Part shown: positions 1 to 11,786 of the stretch, piece after piece
Numbering within the stretch: the stretch's first letter is position 1
Layout of the letters: the number at the start of each line of letters is the position of its first letter
Assembly (NCBI GenBank): GCA_964016885.1
Contig: OZ024740.1
Coordinates: 224,378,001-224,442,000, forward strand
From: Eledone cirrhosa
Lineage: Eukaryota
Direction of reading: 5' to 3'
Length of the DNA stretch: 64,000 bases
The notes under the pieces: model-generated
Told to the model about the DNA's origin: nothing
The model's input: only the letters and a program-made list of their open reading frames with translations
Database searches by the model: none
Program-made: the position numbers and the translations under genes

Positions 1-580
1 ACAAGGCTGTAAGATAAAATCTCAGTTAAGAGGGGATGATCATGTTTCTAGGATAAATAATGAAAGACTGCTGAAAATTCTCACTTTTGGCAAACTTCAG
101 GTAGTAGAGTAAATGTAGAATGATCTCTTCTTGTATAGAAGGATGAGCTGGAGTATAATATCAAGCATAATGGAATACAAGCATCAAAATTTGAGTAACG
201 CACTGCTTACCATGATAGGTGGATAAATATCTGTCAAATTGGCATCAAGAGCTATGTCAAAACAAGGATTGAGCACTTCGGTAATCTAATGCAAGGTGAA
301 AAGAATGCAGTTTCTGTTCAACATGTTGTGCGAAGGATGTGGACTGGTTTGCATGAGCAAAGCAAGTTTAGTGTCTCACAGAAGAGATGCAAACACTAAA
401 ATATGGAGTAAAAGGGAAGTAACATTTTTTTGGCCCTCATGCATCGAACATGATGAGAGAGTCCATATATGTGTATGTACACACACAGACTCAGAAACAT
501 ATCCTTACAATTTGCTGTATTAACTAAGCTTGCGGATATATATATATAATGGGCCACAATTAACAAATTAAGTAAAACCC

Positions 581-639
<59 letters not shown>

Positions 640-642
<3 letters not shown>

Positions 643-1248
643 AGGTCACCAGTTGGTGCTACTGGTAACATGTATCCCAGTACAACCTGTCTCATGGTCG
701 GGTCGTTGGCGACTAAACTGGCAACCCCACCAAGGTTTCTTGGTGAGGAGGGTGACTTTGGACATCCTGCAGGACTAAAAACAAAACCTGTCAAAGGGCA
801 AGGGAACTCTTAAGTGTCAATAGCCATCCAAAATCACTGGGAGAGATGACCCCTTAGCCTTTGTCAAGGCAGAATTCTAGGAGAAGGAAAACTCTGATAT
901 AATACCTGCAACCCTGATGATATCCAATGATGTTGACTTGTTCTTCTTTTTGGTAAATATCATCTTGGTTAAGAGAGTGGGACTGGCTTTGTGCAGTGCC
1001 TTTGCTCACTATAAAAGCTTCACGGCGCAGGCATTGCTTTATATCTGGAGATCTCTCTGCACTTGTCGTCACATGGTACCATGGGCCCAGCACTATATGT
1101 CAATAATTGTCACAGGTGTGGTGTTTCTATCAGAGTTTTCAAGTTGCTGGCTGGACTAAAAAGTCACACTCGTTCAGTGCAGCGGTAGGGGTTCTCCTAC
1201 ATGGATATAAAGTAGTGGCCGTACTCGAAAACGAGTTGGCAGCCACCA
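640..1248 (+). mobile_element. Non-autonomous, internally deleted RTE(BovB)-like element (5' leader joined to a 3' zinc-finger remnant)
   Basis: Sits between (TA)n tracts. Shares its leader (CAGTACAACCTGTCTCAT...GGTGAGGAGGGTGA) and 3' end (GCAGCCACC-ATATAT) with 15910-16400. The 3' part reads HRCGVSIRVFKLLAGLKSHTR, like the terminal C2H2 remnant of RTE/BovB ORF2. Confidence 0.6.
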
Positions 1249-1329
1249 TATATATATATCCAGGAAGCTCCAACCGTTAAGGTTGTCTTTTTTCCGGGTA
1301 TGTCAATATTTATTTATAAAACAAATCTG

Positions 1330-1395
1330 TATTTTATCTGATGAAAGCGCATCATAATTTACCTTGGTTGCCCTTGAAATATATATAATAAAATA
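1330..1395 (+). ncRNA. Type I hammerhead ribozyme motif
   Basis: Stem I TATTTTAT(1330-1337)/ATAAAATA(1388-1395); core CTGATGA(1338-1344); stem II AAGCGCA/TGCCCTT (1 mismatch); GAAA(1376-1379); palindromic TATATA; cleavage-site TA. Confidence 0.75.
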
Positions 1396-1434
1396 AAATA
1401 TGATTTTATAAATATAGTTTCCATTTATTAAAAT

Positions 1435-1511
<77 letters not shown>

Positions 1512-1519
<8 letters not shown>

Positions 1520-1673
1520 TTGAGGTTGGTAATGGCACATGGAATATATAAGAGACAGAATACTTTTTTTGTGAAAAAACATAATTTTATAAGGTAAGGA
1601 AATAATAAAGGGTATAAAAAATGACCGGTTTCGATGGGTCTGCAAAAGCCATCTTTTCAAATGTTGATTAATA
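1512..1673 (-). repeat. 3' pseudo-LTR copy with a U3:A8-variant hammerhead motif (1618-1665, sense to the ORF)
   Basis: Reverse complement of 5398-5558. Minus strand reads TTGAAAA-GATGG...CCATC-GAAA-CCGG-TC. Confidence 0.8.
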
Positions 1674-1979
1674 TTAAGAAAAATTAATAATACGAAGAGT
1701 TAAAACTTGAGATTTGAAAATTCAAGTATAAAATTCATTGTGGGATTTCATAGCAGTTTTCATCTAGGTAGCAACAACAGGTTGACTGCTGTGTCCCTTT
1801 CTGGTAGTGAATGAGAAGTTATTTGGGGTGTGGGTTATTTTATAAAGGTCAGATTTAGCAATCGTCAACTGGCCAGCTGCTGGTCAGTGAGGGGGTGGAA
1901 GCAATATACATACACATATCTTCCTGTGGTGGGTAGGAGAGTGGAGCGTGATAGAAAGGGATTTAGTGCACTTACACCT

Positions 1980-2021
1980 ATATATACACACATACCTTCA
2001 CCCACACATACATACATATAC

Positions 2022-2058
<37 letters not shown>

Positions 2059-2119
2059 CACACATACATACACACACACATACATATACATACACACATA
2101 CACACACATATATACACAT

Positions 2120-2174
<55 letters not shown>

Positions 2175-2205
2175 TATATATACATACACATACATCCAGA
2201 TACAC

Positions 2206-2244
<39 letters not shown>

Positions 2245-2495
2245 CATACACACATACAAACATACACACACACACACATATATACACATACACACACACA
2301 CACACACGCATATATATATATATACACATACGCATACATCCAGATACACACATACATACACACACACACACGCACACACAATACATACATCCACATGCAC
2401 ACACATATACACACACACACACATATACACATACATACACCCACACACAGAGAAATGGCCTCCAAATATATATATATATATATACATACAGACAC
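1980..2495. repeat. Compound (CA)n/(TA)n microsatellite in the 3' region of the Penelope-like element
   Basis: Visible directly; it generates several spurious low-complexity ORFs. Confidence 0.95.
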
Positions 2496-2767
2496 ATATA
2501 TTTTTTCCATAATATAAGAAGTTGGGACAGTGAAATTAAAATACAAGTCATTCTTCATGTAGATTGGGCCCCGCAACCGACAGTGGTGAATTCTGTGTGC
2601 GCATATATATATAGATATATGTGTGTGCACGTGCAGGGTTTAACATGGATGTGTTGGTCACACAAAGGCATGGTCTGTCAACGAATAAACCTGATTCTAC
2701 AGAATTGGTCTCTGGTCTTTAATAGTAGTGATTCCGTGCGTATGTGTGTTTATATTTTATGACAATT

Positions 2768-5437
2768 CTATTGGGGTGATAACCCGTTTAGTTTTGGTTT
2801 AAATTTGTTAAGGAATAGATTTTCTTTGTTTATTCTTTGTTGCTGTGTGAACGAATCTGAGCACTTGTAGAAGGGGAAGATTTTAAAGTTGGGTAGTGTC
2901 ATTCCTGCGCAGTTCGCAATATGGCTGCTCAAGGGGATTTTTCTTGTGTTAGCGTCCCGGATTTGTTGGCGGTGGATGGTCATTCTTTTGCGTAATGAGG
3001 TGCCCGTCTGTCCTATGTAGTTGTGTTTGCACCCACCGCAAGTTATTGCGTAAATCAAGTTCTCCGAGTTGCAGGTGAAATTGTTTTTTACTGTAAATGT
3101 TTGGCCATCTTTGAATGTAAATGTTTGTCCTTCAGTGAGGTAGAGGCACGTTCCACAGTTTGTTCTACCACATTTGGTAACTGTAGGGTTGAGGATTGGT
3201 TTGGGTATATTTGGTCCAGTGAGAATGCGTTTAAGTGATTTGGGTTGTCTTTTACTTTTAAGGATCTTGTGTGTTTCAAGAATAGACTTCATTTTTACAT
3301 CTTTAAGTAGGATGGGGAGGTTTTTGTGTAGGTAATCAAACATTTCGGTATTTCTGGGGTTGAAAGTGGATACATATGGCAGGGTGTTTAGTGTGGTTTT
3401 CTGTTTTGGATTGTTAAGTTGATGGGGATTTAGGTGTTTTGCCCTGTCTATTCCATTGTTGATTATTTCAAGTGGAAAGGCTCTTAAGATAAGGGTGTCT
3501 TTTAGTTCCTTTAGTCTTTGCTCCCGTTTAGGTGGATCTGATACTATGGTACATATACGTTTGGCCAAATTGTAAGGAATGTTAAGTTTTGTATGTTTTG
3601 GGTGACTTGATGTAAAAAAGAGGTATTGCTTGGAATCTGTGGGTTTATAGAATATATCTGTATCTAATTTCCCGTCTATTACAGAGATGAGAATATCCAA
3701 GAAGGCTAATTCCTTAGGATTGGATTCCATTGTGAATTGTATGTTATTATCTATGTTGTTTATCATGTTTTTAAACGTAGTAAGTGAGTTCATGTCTTCT
3801 TGCCATAGGATAAAGCAGTCGTCTAGATATCTTTTCCAATTGGCTTTGAGGTGTGTGTGGAAAGAGTCTCCAAATAAGAGAAGAGACTGACTGTATATTT
3901 GTTGTTCATGGAATCCCATGACTAGGTTGGCATATGTGGGTGCTACTTTCGTGCCCATTGCCGTACCTGATACTTGTCTGTATGTTGAACCATTGAATGT
4001 GAAGTAGTTATTTTGTAGGATAAAGCGGAGTCCGTCAGTGATAAAATCTGTGTTGATGCGTGTCGGTATTTCTGATGGGTGTGTGTTAAGCCAGTATTGG
4101 ACTGCTGTTATTCCATAGTTGTGAGGTATGTTTGTGTAGAGGTTTATTACGTCAAAGGAGACAAGAATTGTATTTGCACTTACTGTTTTAGGGAGGTGTT
4201 TCAGCATGTCAAGGTCATCTCGTATGTAGCTCTGTATATGTTGTAGAAAGGGTTTCAGTAGGATGTCCAGAAAGTTGCTAAGTCTGTAGGTTTCACATGT
4301 AGGGCCTGCTATAATTGGCCTGAGTTTTAGGTCTTCTGGTGGTGTTAGTTCAATGTAATTGTTGGTTGAGGTGTCACATGCATCGTTTATGGGTTTACAT
4401 TTGTGGAGTTTCGGTAAGCCGTAAAAAGAGCTTGTATTGCATTTGAAGTGGCTTATATAGTTAAACTCTTTTGTGGTTAAGCTGTTGCGGTATTTATTCA
4501 GTAAGGTCAAAAGGTTCCCCATTGTTTTGGTGTGTTTGTAGTTTTCTGTTTTTTCATAGTATGTGTTGTTTTCTAAAATGTTAAGTGCGAGGGTCCTATA
4601 GTAGTCCGTATTCATAATGACAACAGTACTGCCTTTATCGGCTTCTTTGATAGTTATCTCAGGGTTGTTTCTAAGTGTGAATAATTCTTCCCATTCGTGT
4701 GTAGATAGGTTTGATTTCGTGTGTTTATTTGTAATTTTTTCATAGGGAAAGTTGGTGATGTGTTCGCAGTACGTGTCCAGTGCTTTATTTCTTCCCTTTT
4801 GTGGGCAGAAATTGCTTTTATTTCTAACCAGTGATTCGTCTTCAGTGTTGGTGTCGTTGTGGAAGAATTCCGTTAGTCGCAGCTTTCGGCAGTATTCCAT
4901 GATGTCATCCTTCATTTCGGGGAAGTTTGGTTTACGTGGTGTAGGTGTAAATTTCAGGCCCTTACTTAAAATGTTGATTTGTGTGTTGGTTAGAGGTGTC
5001 TTTGAGAGGTTGATTATTTTTGGTTTCTCCTGAGGGGGGGGGGGGGGGGGGCATCGAGTATCCTGGTATTTCAGGCTTTTCCCTAAAAAAGGAATGTAGT
5101 TTTGTGTGTGATTATATTTTGTTGGTCTGTTGCGTGTGGGTCTGTAGCTTGTTGTTTCATGAGGGTGAATGTGATGGTGGGGGTGGTATGTGTTGTGGTT
5201 GTTGATGAGCAAGGGTTCTGTTGTTGGTTCATGTGGTCTGGGTGCGTTATTTCTGTGGTACAGAGTGTTGAGGTTGGGGGGTTGTCTTTTGTTGGATTGA
5301 GGGTGATGTCTGGTGTGGTTGTGGGTAAGTTCTGTTGTGATTTCAAGTGGTCTGGGTGGATTTCTTCTGAGGAATGTGGTGTGTGTGTTTTGTGTTGTAT
5401 TAATCAACATTTGAAAAGATGGCTTTTGCAGACCCAT
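2768..5437 (-). CDS. Penelope-like reverse transcriptase + GIY-YIG endonuclease (889 aa, uninterrupted)
   Basis: RT motifs YGLPKLHK, LRPIIA, VSFDVINLYTNIP, GTAMGTKVAPTYANL, RYLDD; Cys linker CGRTNCGTC; GIY-YIG NLIYAITCGGCKHNYIGQT. The first ~13 codons come from the inverted pseudo-LTR, so the true start is uncertain. Confidence 0.95.
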   Translation of the reverse strand: MGLQKPSFQMLINTTQNTHTTFLRRNPPRPLEITTELTHNHTRHHPQSNKRQPPNLNTLYHRNNAPRPHEPTTEPLLINNHNTYHPHHHIHPHETTSYRPTRNRPTKYNHTQNYIPFLGKSLKYQDTRCPPPPPPQEKPKIINLSKTPLTNTQINILSKGLKFTPTPRKPNFPEMKDDIMEYCRKLRLTEFFHNDTNTEDESLVRNKSNFCPQKGRNKALDTYCEHITNFPYEKITNKHTKSNLSTHEWEELFTLRNNPEITIKEADKGSTVVIMNTDYYRTLALNILENNTYYEKTENYKHTKTMGNLLTLLNKYRNSLTTKEFNYISHFKCNTSSFYGLPKLHKCKPINDACDTSTNNYIELTPPEDLKLRPIIAGPTCETYRLSNFLDILLKPFLQHIQSYIRDDLDMLKHLPKTVSANTILVSFDVINLYTNIPHNYGITAVQYWLNTHPSEIPTRINTDFITDGLRFILQNNYFTFNGSTYRQVSGTAMGTKVAPTYANLVMGFHEQQIYSQSLLLFGDSFHTHLKANWKRYLDDCFILWQEDMNSLTTFKNMINNIDNNIQFTMESNPKELAFLDILISVIDGKLDTDIFYKPTDSKQYLFFTSSHPKHTKLNIPYNLAKRICTIVSDPPKREQRLKELKDTLILRAFPLEIINNGIDRAKHLNPHQLNNPKQKTTLNTLPYVSTFNPRNTEMFDYLHKNLPILLKDVKMKSILETHKILKSKRQPKSLKRILTGPNIPKPILNPTVTKCGRTNCGTCLYLTEGQTFTFKDGQTFTVKNNFTCNSENLIYAITCGGCKHNYIGQTGTSLRKRMTIHRQQIRDANTRKIPLSSHIANCAGMTLPNFKIFPFYKCSDSFTQQQRINKENLFLNKFKPKLNGLSPQ

Positions 5438-5558
5438 CGAAACCGGTCATTTTTTATACCCTTTATTATTTCCTTACCTTATAAAATTATGTTTTTTCAC
5501 AAAAAAGTATTCTTTCTCTTATATATTCCATGTGCCATTACCAACCTCAATTTTCTCT
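5398..5558 (+). repeat. Inverted 5' pseudo-LTR copy with hammerhead-variant motif (5406-5453)
   Basis: TTGAAAA(5411-5417) GATGG/CCATC GAAA(5439-5442) CCGG TC; inverted relative to 1512-1673. Confidence 0.8.
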
Positions 5559-5589
5559 ATAACCTTCGTTTTGTGTAGAAAATTACACT

Positions 5590-5670
<81 letters not shown>

Positions 5671-6344
5671 TAGAAAGAGAGAGCTACACACACTACATTA
5701 AGCTCTATAAGCTCTATTACTCACAGTGGGAGAAAGGTGTGTAGAAGAGAACCAATTTACATCAACAGGTACATATAAATAGAGGGGAAGAGGCAGAGCG
5801 AGAGAGAGAGCGAGAGAGAGAGCGAGAGAGAGAGAGAATGAGGGAGACAGAAACATACATACACACACACATATATATATATATAATTATCATTCTTCTG
5901 TGATGGCAGTCAGAATAAAATACTTAGAAATCTAAACAATGCCAATCAATAGGACTTGATGTAGAATGAAAACATAAACCAATTTTGTTAGAATCATTAG
6001 AGAACAATCTAGAAATGTAAAACAACAAAACAAAAGCAACAAAAAAAAAGGCAGCAATTATTTCTCTATATTATGGAATTGCAATTATTGTAGTAGGTAG
6101 GTTAATGCTGGGAAACAGACTCGCATCGACATATTATTTCAAGAACATTTATACCTACTACTGTTGCTACTTATGATGCCTCTGCTGTTAATACTACTAC
6201 TCCTGGTGCTACTACTACGACCACTACTCTTACTACTACTACTACTACTACTTCTACTACTGTTGCTGCTGCTGCATTGTGAAATATTTGACCATTAGGA
6301 AAATAATGTTATACAACATCAACATCAACAGCAATAATAACAAG

Positions 6345-7225
6345 TATATTAAACCCATGTTATCTGCTAAAGCAAGGTTTAGCCACACAGGGTCTCATGA
6401 AAAGCTTCACCACTTTTCCTTTTCCTTTACATCACCACTCAACCACTCAATGGCGTTAATTTGCTCTTCCATCATCTTTACCCATGACTTGGTTTTCCCC
6501 TTTTCTCTACTTCCTTTCATATTCATTTCCATCATTCTTCTCACCCAGCAACTTTCATCCTACCTCAAAGCATTTCCTGACTATCCCATTCCATTTCTCT
6601 TCACAACATTCATCACTGGTTCTGTTCCCATTCTTCCTCTGACCTACTCACCTTTATCCTTCCTCAACACATGATCTAACCATCTCATTCCATTTCTCTT
6701 CACAACATTCATCACTGGATCTATTCCCATCACTCTGCTCACCCAGTCACTTTCATCCTTCCTCAACACATGACCTAACCATCTCATTCCATTTCTCTTC
6801 ACAACATTCATCACTGGATCTATTCCCATCACTCTGCTCACCCAGTCACTTTCATCCTTCCTCAACACATGATCTAACCATCTCATTCCATTTCTCTACA
6901 CAACATTCATCACTGGTTCTATTCCCATCACTCTGCTCACCCAGTCACTTTCATCCTTCCTCAACACATGACCTAACCATCTCATTCCATTTCTCTTCAC
7001 AACATTCATCACTGGTTCTATTCCCATCACTCTGCTCACCTAGTCACTTTCATCCTTCCTCAACACATGACCTAACCATCTCATTCCATTTCTCTTCACA
7101 ACATTCATCACTGGGTCTATCCCATCACTCCGCTCACCCAGGCACTTTTATCTTTCCTCTACACATGACCCAACCATCTCATTCCGTTTCTCTTCCCAAC
7201 ATTCATCACTGGCTCTATTCCCCTC
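6345..7225 (-). repeat. RTE LINE 3' remnant with a 99-bp tandem array (~6-7 units)
   Basis: CCATCTCATTCC recurs at 6680, 6779, 6878, 6977, 7076 and 7174. The unit translates (-) to VMGIDPVMNVVKRNGMRWLGHVLRKDESDWVSR, the RTE C-terminal RWxGHVxR motif. Confidence 0.85.
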
Positions 7226-8621
7226 ATCTGTTACTAAACTGCAAATAGAAATAATAGTGCTGTTATTAATGGTGTTACTACTTTGGCTACTGCTATATGA
7301 ACAATAAAAACAAAAAGTTATTGTGATGATAATTACAATTATCATCATGGTTTGAAGTATTCGTAGAGCATGCTTTGCAGCATAATTTCATTCATTTATG
7401 TTCTGAGTTCAAATCCCACCGAGGTTAGCTTTGCCTTTCAACATTGCAGGGGTTGATTTAATCGACTTTCCTTTCCCCAAAAAATGTTGACCTTGATCTC
7501 AAATCAGAAACCATTATTTTTTTAGTAGTAGTAATAGTGTTTACATAAAGTACACACTGAAAAGTGGTTGGTGTTAGGAAGTACATCCAGCCTTAGAAAC
7601 CATGGTAAAAATTGGTATAGACTAAGAGCCTAGTCACTTGGATTAAAAACTGACTTTTACCATCATAATCCCACATCCACACCATACCAGCATGGATAGC
7701 AGGTGTAAAATAATGTTGACGATGATTGTAGTGGTGGTGGTGGTGGTGGTGAAGTTGTTAGTAGGAGTGTCAGTGACAGTGGCAATGTTGGAGATGATCA
7801 ATAATGATGACTAAGGTGATGATGATGATAATGATGATAATGATGATGATGATGATAATGACGATTATAATGATGATGATGATGATGATGAGAATAAGGA
7901 TGATAATGATGAGAATAAGAATGATGATGATGATGATAACAAAACATTGCTAAGAAATAGAATGTAGCCATAAAACCTTCAGTTATGAGCTGTAGTTGAA
8001 TGGTTTTTCGGAAATTTATTGCAAAACGTGTTAAAAGAGGTAGAACATTTTCCTTTGGTAATCAATAAAGTATAAGATATTGAAATATAAGAGAAACACC
8101 TAGAATGTAAGGATAGACAGATCGTATGTGGTAGACTGTGAATAAACTGGGTGTCAAAATAATACAACTAAGAGATTAACTAATCTATAAAGTTAGACAA
8201 TATACAACAGAACACAGAACTTTAACAAGGAAGATTTTTATTCAAGCAGCTCATTTGTAGAAGAGATAGTTCAGTGAGATAGTTCAAATAAATTCTTCAC
8301 AAAACTATAGAGATTTTTAAGTCTATTATGTATTTTTATTTGACTTAGAAATTACAGAGTTTTTGAGATACAGATCTTTATTAAGATGGAAAATACTTCT
8401 TTCACAGTTTGCTTCCTTGTTTTGTCTTTATTGAAAACATATTTCTCTTCTGAACTTTATACATATATTTCATTATAAGCATGAAATTCTTGGTTCCTGA
8501 GTCATTGGTATAGTTTCACTGCTATGATAAAAGACATACTATTCCATTCATGTACTGAGTTTTGTTTCCCCCATTTGCACAGCCAACCTGATATATATAT
8601 ATAATATGTATGTGTGTGTGT

Positions 8622-8925
8622 GAAGGTACATGGCTTAGTGGTTAGAGTATTGGGCTTACAATCATCAGATTTAAGTTCAATTCCTGTATTGTGTAACGTA
8701 AGAGACTTTATTTTACATTACTCCAGTTTACTCAGCTGTAGAAATTAGTTGCAACATCACTGGTGCTAAGCTTTATTGGCCTTTGCCTTTCCCTTGGACA
8801 ACATTGGTAGTGTGGAGATGGGCGATTGGCATGCTTGGTCTCCCACAAACAACATTGCCTGGACTTGTGCATCAGAGGGAAACTTTCTAGGTGCAAATCT
8901 TATGCTCATACATGACCAAACAGAA
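8622..8925 (+). mobile_element. tRNA-derived CORE-type SINE
   Basis: Head TGGCTTAGTGGTTAGAG...GTTCAATTCC (A/B boxes) and CORE-like CTCCAGTTTACTCAGCTGTAGAAA; homologous to 30713-31035 and 33388-33647. Confidence 0.7.
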
Positions 8926-9063
8926 TGTTCTCTTCTTATGTATATTCTCATGCATATTGAAAATCGGCAGTGCCAAAACAGGGGAAACCACAAATCAGGG
9001 TAATACTATATTGATGAAAAGGTGCAGAGTGGGTATAAAGGAAGATAAAAACCTGATTGTGAC

Positions 9064-9105
9064 ACCTACTTGTTTCGGCTTGTATGTTGCAAGCCTTCTC
9101 AAGGC
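9064..9105 (-). ncRNA. Minimal hammerhead-like motif (U3:A8 variant)
   Basis: Minus strand GCC-TTGAGAA-GGCTTG caacata CAAGCC-GAAA-CAAG-TA-GGT; perfect 6-bp stem II, weak stems I and III. Confidence 0.5.
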
Positions 9106-11394
9106 TATACATACACACTCACAAGTATATAAGCACAGGCATGATTATGTAATTAAAGTTACTTTAGAACTACATGGTTAGGGGTTCAGCCCAACTGTGT
9201 ACCACTTTAGCCAAGGGTTTTCTACAAGAACCCTCTACTATAGTTACAAATGCGTTGTGAACGAAATTTGGTTGTCAGAAACTGTACGAAAGCCCAATGT
9301 ATGTATACATGTATATGTGTATGCATATGTGTGCATGTCTATATGTGTTTGTCTGTGTCTCAGTTTACGTTTTCTGTTTGTATATCTCCTATAACTGACC
9401 AGTTTGACAAACAACAATCAAATAAGTACTAAACTTGAAAGAAATTGATTACTAAGTTACTGAGTTGGGTAAGCTCAACTAACAACCTTGAACCTTGTAC
9501 CACAGCATGGGCACAGTATAATTATTGAAATAGGTAGTGAAATAAAAGAAAGAATAAAATAAAAAATGCACAAACACACATATATTTCAAATTTAATTGT
9601 GTCCATGACTGAAAGGAATTACAAATTCATAGGTGTGCTCTTGAATCAGCAGGATAGAATGAGGTGAGTGTGATTATTGTGGTTAATGTGAAATTTCCTA
9701 AATGTGTACGAATATCTCATAGTATAATATATCTAGTGTGTTTGAGTGCTTTAGTAATTGTCTATGTATAAACTTTTGAAACAATGTAGAATGCTATCAG
9801 TTAGTGCCTGGGGTAAATAATTCAAAAAAGTTACTTTCTGAATGAATTTAAACTAAGTAATATAGTTTTAAAGATAACAAAATGAATAAAACATTATTTC
9901 AGTTTAATGTTTTTCCTTATAATTTGGAAAATGTCCAACACTGATTAGAAAGAAAATTAAATTAATCAGTTCAAACCCAGTGAAAAAGTGGGAAATAAAT
10001 CTAAATGTTTTATAACTAAGAAAGACAATTTATTTGAATCATCTGAAACTGAAATAGAGTAGTAATAAATGTTCAGGTGAGCTGGACAGTAAGTCTTCAG
10101 AGAAGAAACCCATCTCAAGCAAATATTTTCGCCCTTAACATCTTACATTCCATGGGGGCCAGGCTGAATCCAGGTCGTGACTCCTGTGTGGCGTTCTGCA
10201 GACATTTAGTCATTTGAATATTGTAGACTTGTTGTGTATTTAAACCATATGGAAATTTACAGGATCTAGCTGGAATTCCTCTCCATTTGCTCCTGCTTCC
10301 AAACTTAAATTTAAATGCTTTCTTTATTTGGAAAAATAATGTTTGTAGACATGGTTATTTTTTCCCATTCTCCAAACTAAAACCAAAACCAGAGCCTGCA
10401 TTGCAGAGGACTGGAAGACAATCAAATACCGGAGCTTGTCCAGCTACTTTCTCTTTCACCAGTTGCTGTCAATATCTCAGGCAGCCTCATGCTCTGGAAA
10501 GCTGCCCTCCTCTGTAAAATCAGAAACATACCAGCTCATCTGAGGAAACAGCCCTGCAAGGTGGTGTGGTTGTTGCAGTGGGTGTCACTGGCCATTGCAG
10601 AAATCAATTTTCCATTTTGTCCACAGGGCACAACTGAAAAACTCCTTTCACCTACGTGTAGTCTGTCACCCATTCCTCTTCCCTTTTTCTGTCTTCCTTT
10701 GCCTAGTGGTCCTTGCTCTTTCCATCCTTTTCCTCTCATTTATGGCATTTAAACTCCTTTCCAATGCTGCTTTGTTTTTCCGTATGTTTGACCAATTTAT
10801 AGTAATGTCTGAAATATTTCAGTCTTCCTTTTTTTTAAAACTAAACAAGCAATTAAGGGAAACATCGTCAGCAACAAATAACTCAGGAGCAAGTGAAGTA
10901 GTTAAAATATACAAGGAAAGCAAAAGATCCAACCTCTTTGGCTGAAACCCTGTATCAAGGAAGAGAAGAGAGAGTGATAAAGAGATAGATAGATAGATAT
11001 AGTGGGAGGTCCATGAATTATAGGATAATTGTAGCTACAATGTCACCTGCTGTTGTATATAGTACTCTGTGTTTCTCTTCCTCAATAATGAACCTGAGCT
11101 TGAAATAGTAGCGAACATATTCCTTTGTTTTCCATAACTACATTTCCTCTTAAATTAAGTATAATAACTGTCACTCATACATTGCAGTTAGATTAGCATT
11201 ATGAAGAATACCAGACAAAATGCATTCTTGTCACTCATAAACTAAACTTAGACAATAACTGGCTGTTAATAATAACCAGGTGACATAACAATATCCTGAA
11301 CATATTTGGGATCCACTCATCTTGAAAACAATAAATATGATAACATTATGCATGAATAAAAGTGGCTTGCACTATAAATAATACATACATATAA

Positions 11395-11428
<34 letters not shown>

Positions 11429-11539
11429 GACACACACACACATATATATATATATACATAACATATATATATATATATATATATATACATAACATATATA
11501 CATATATATATACATACATATATATATATACATACATAT

Positions 11540-11579
<40 letters not shown>

Positions 11580-11618
11580 TTATATACATATGTATATCTA
11601 TATATATATATATATAGT

Positions 11619-11786
11619 AATTGTTTCTACCTTAGGCACAAGGCCAGCAATTACCCAGTGCATTACTGGTACTTTATTTTATCGACCCCGTAAGGATGAA
11701 AGGCAAAGTCAACCTCGGTGGAATTTGAACTCAGATCGTAAAGGGACGTAACTATGATGGAAAGCATGGCGTCCGACCCTCTACCG
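11619..11786 (-). mobile_element. tRNA-derived SINE (family A)
   Basis: Near-identical to 36075-36258 and 47052-47228; B-box GAGTTCAAATTCC. Confidence 0.8.

Larger units (their letters stand above)
1512..5558 (-). mobile_element. Penelope-like retroelement (Neptune-like) with inverted pseudo-LTRs
   Basis: RT+GIY-YIG ORF bracketed by a ~160-bp near-perfect inverted repeat (1512-1673 vs 5398-5558), with microsatellites on both flanks. Confidence 0.9.

Noticed and set aside
1-400. Possible CR1/L2-type LINE 3' relic on the - strand
   Set aside because: Too degenerate to call by eye.
1830-2762. Long His/Thr/Tyr/Ile and Val/Cys ORFs (also near 11317, 15024, 37704, 40699, 60170)
   Set aside because: They are translations of (CA)n/(TA)n/(GA)n microsatellites.
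6644-7225. Regular repeat array resembling CRISPR
   Set aside because: Units are contiguous with no unique spacers, the context is eukaryotic, and the unit derives from RTE coding sequence.
10280-10945. Slightly GC-richer stretch with several short ORFs
   Set aside because: No recognisable motif in any frame; possibly an old transposon relic but not supportable.
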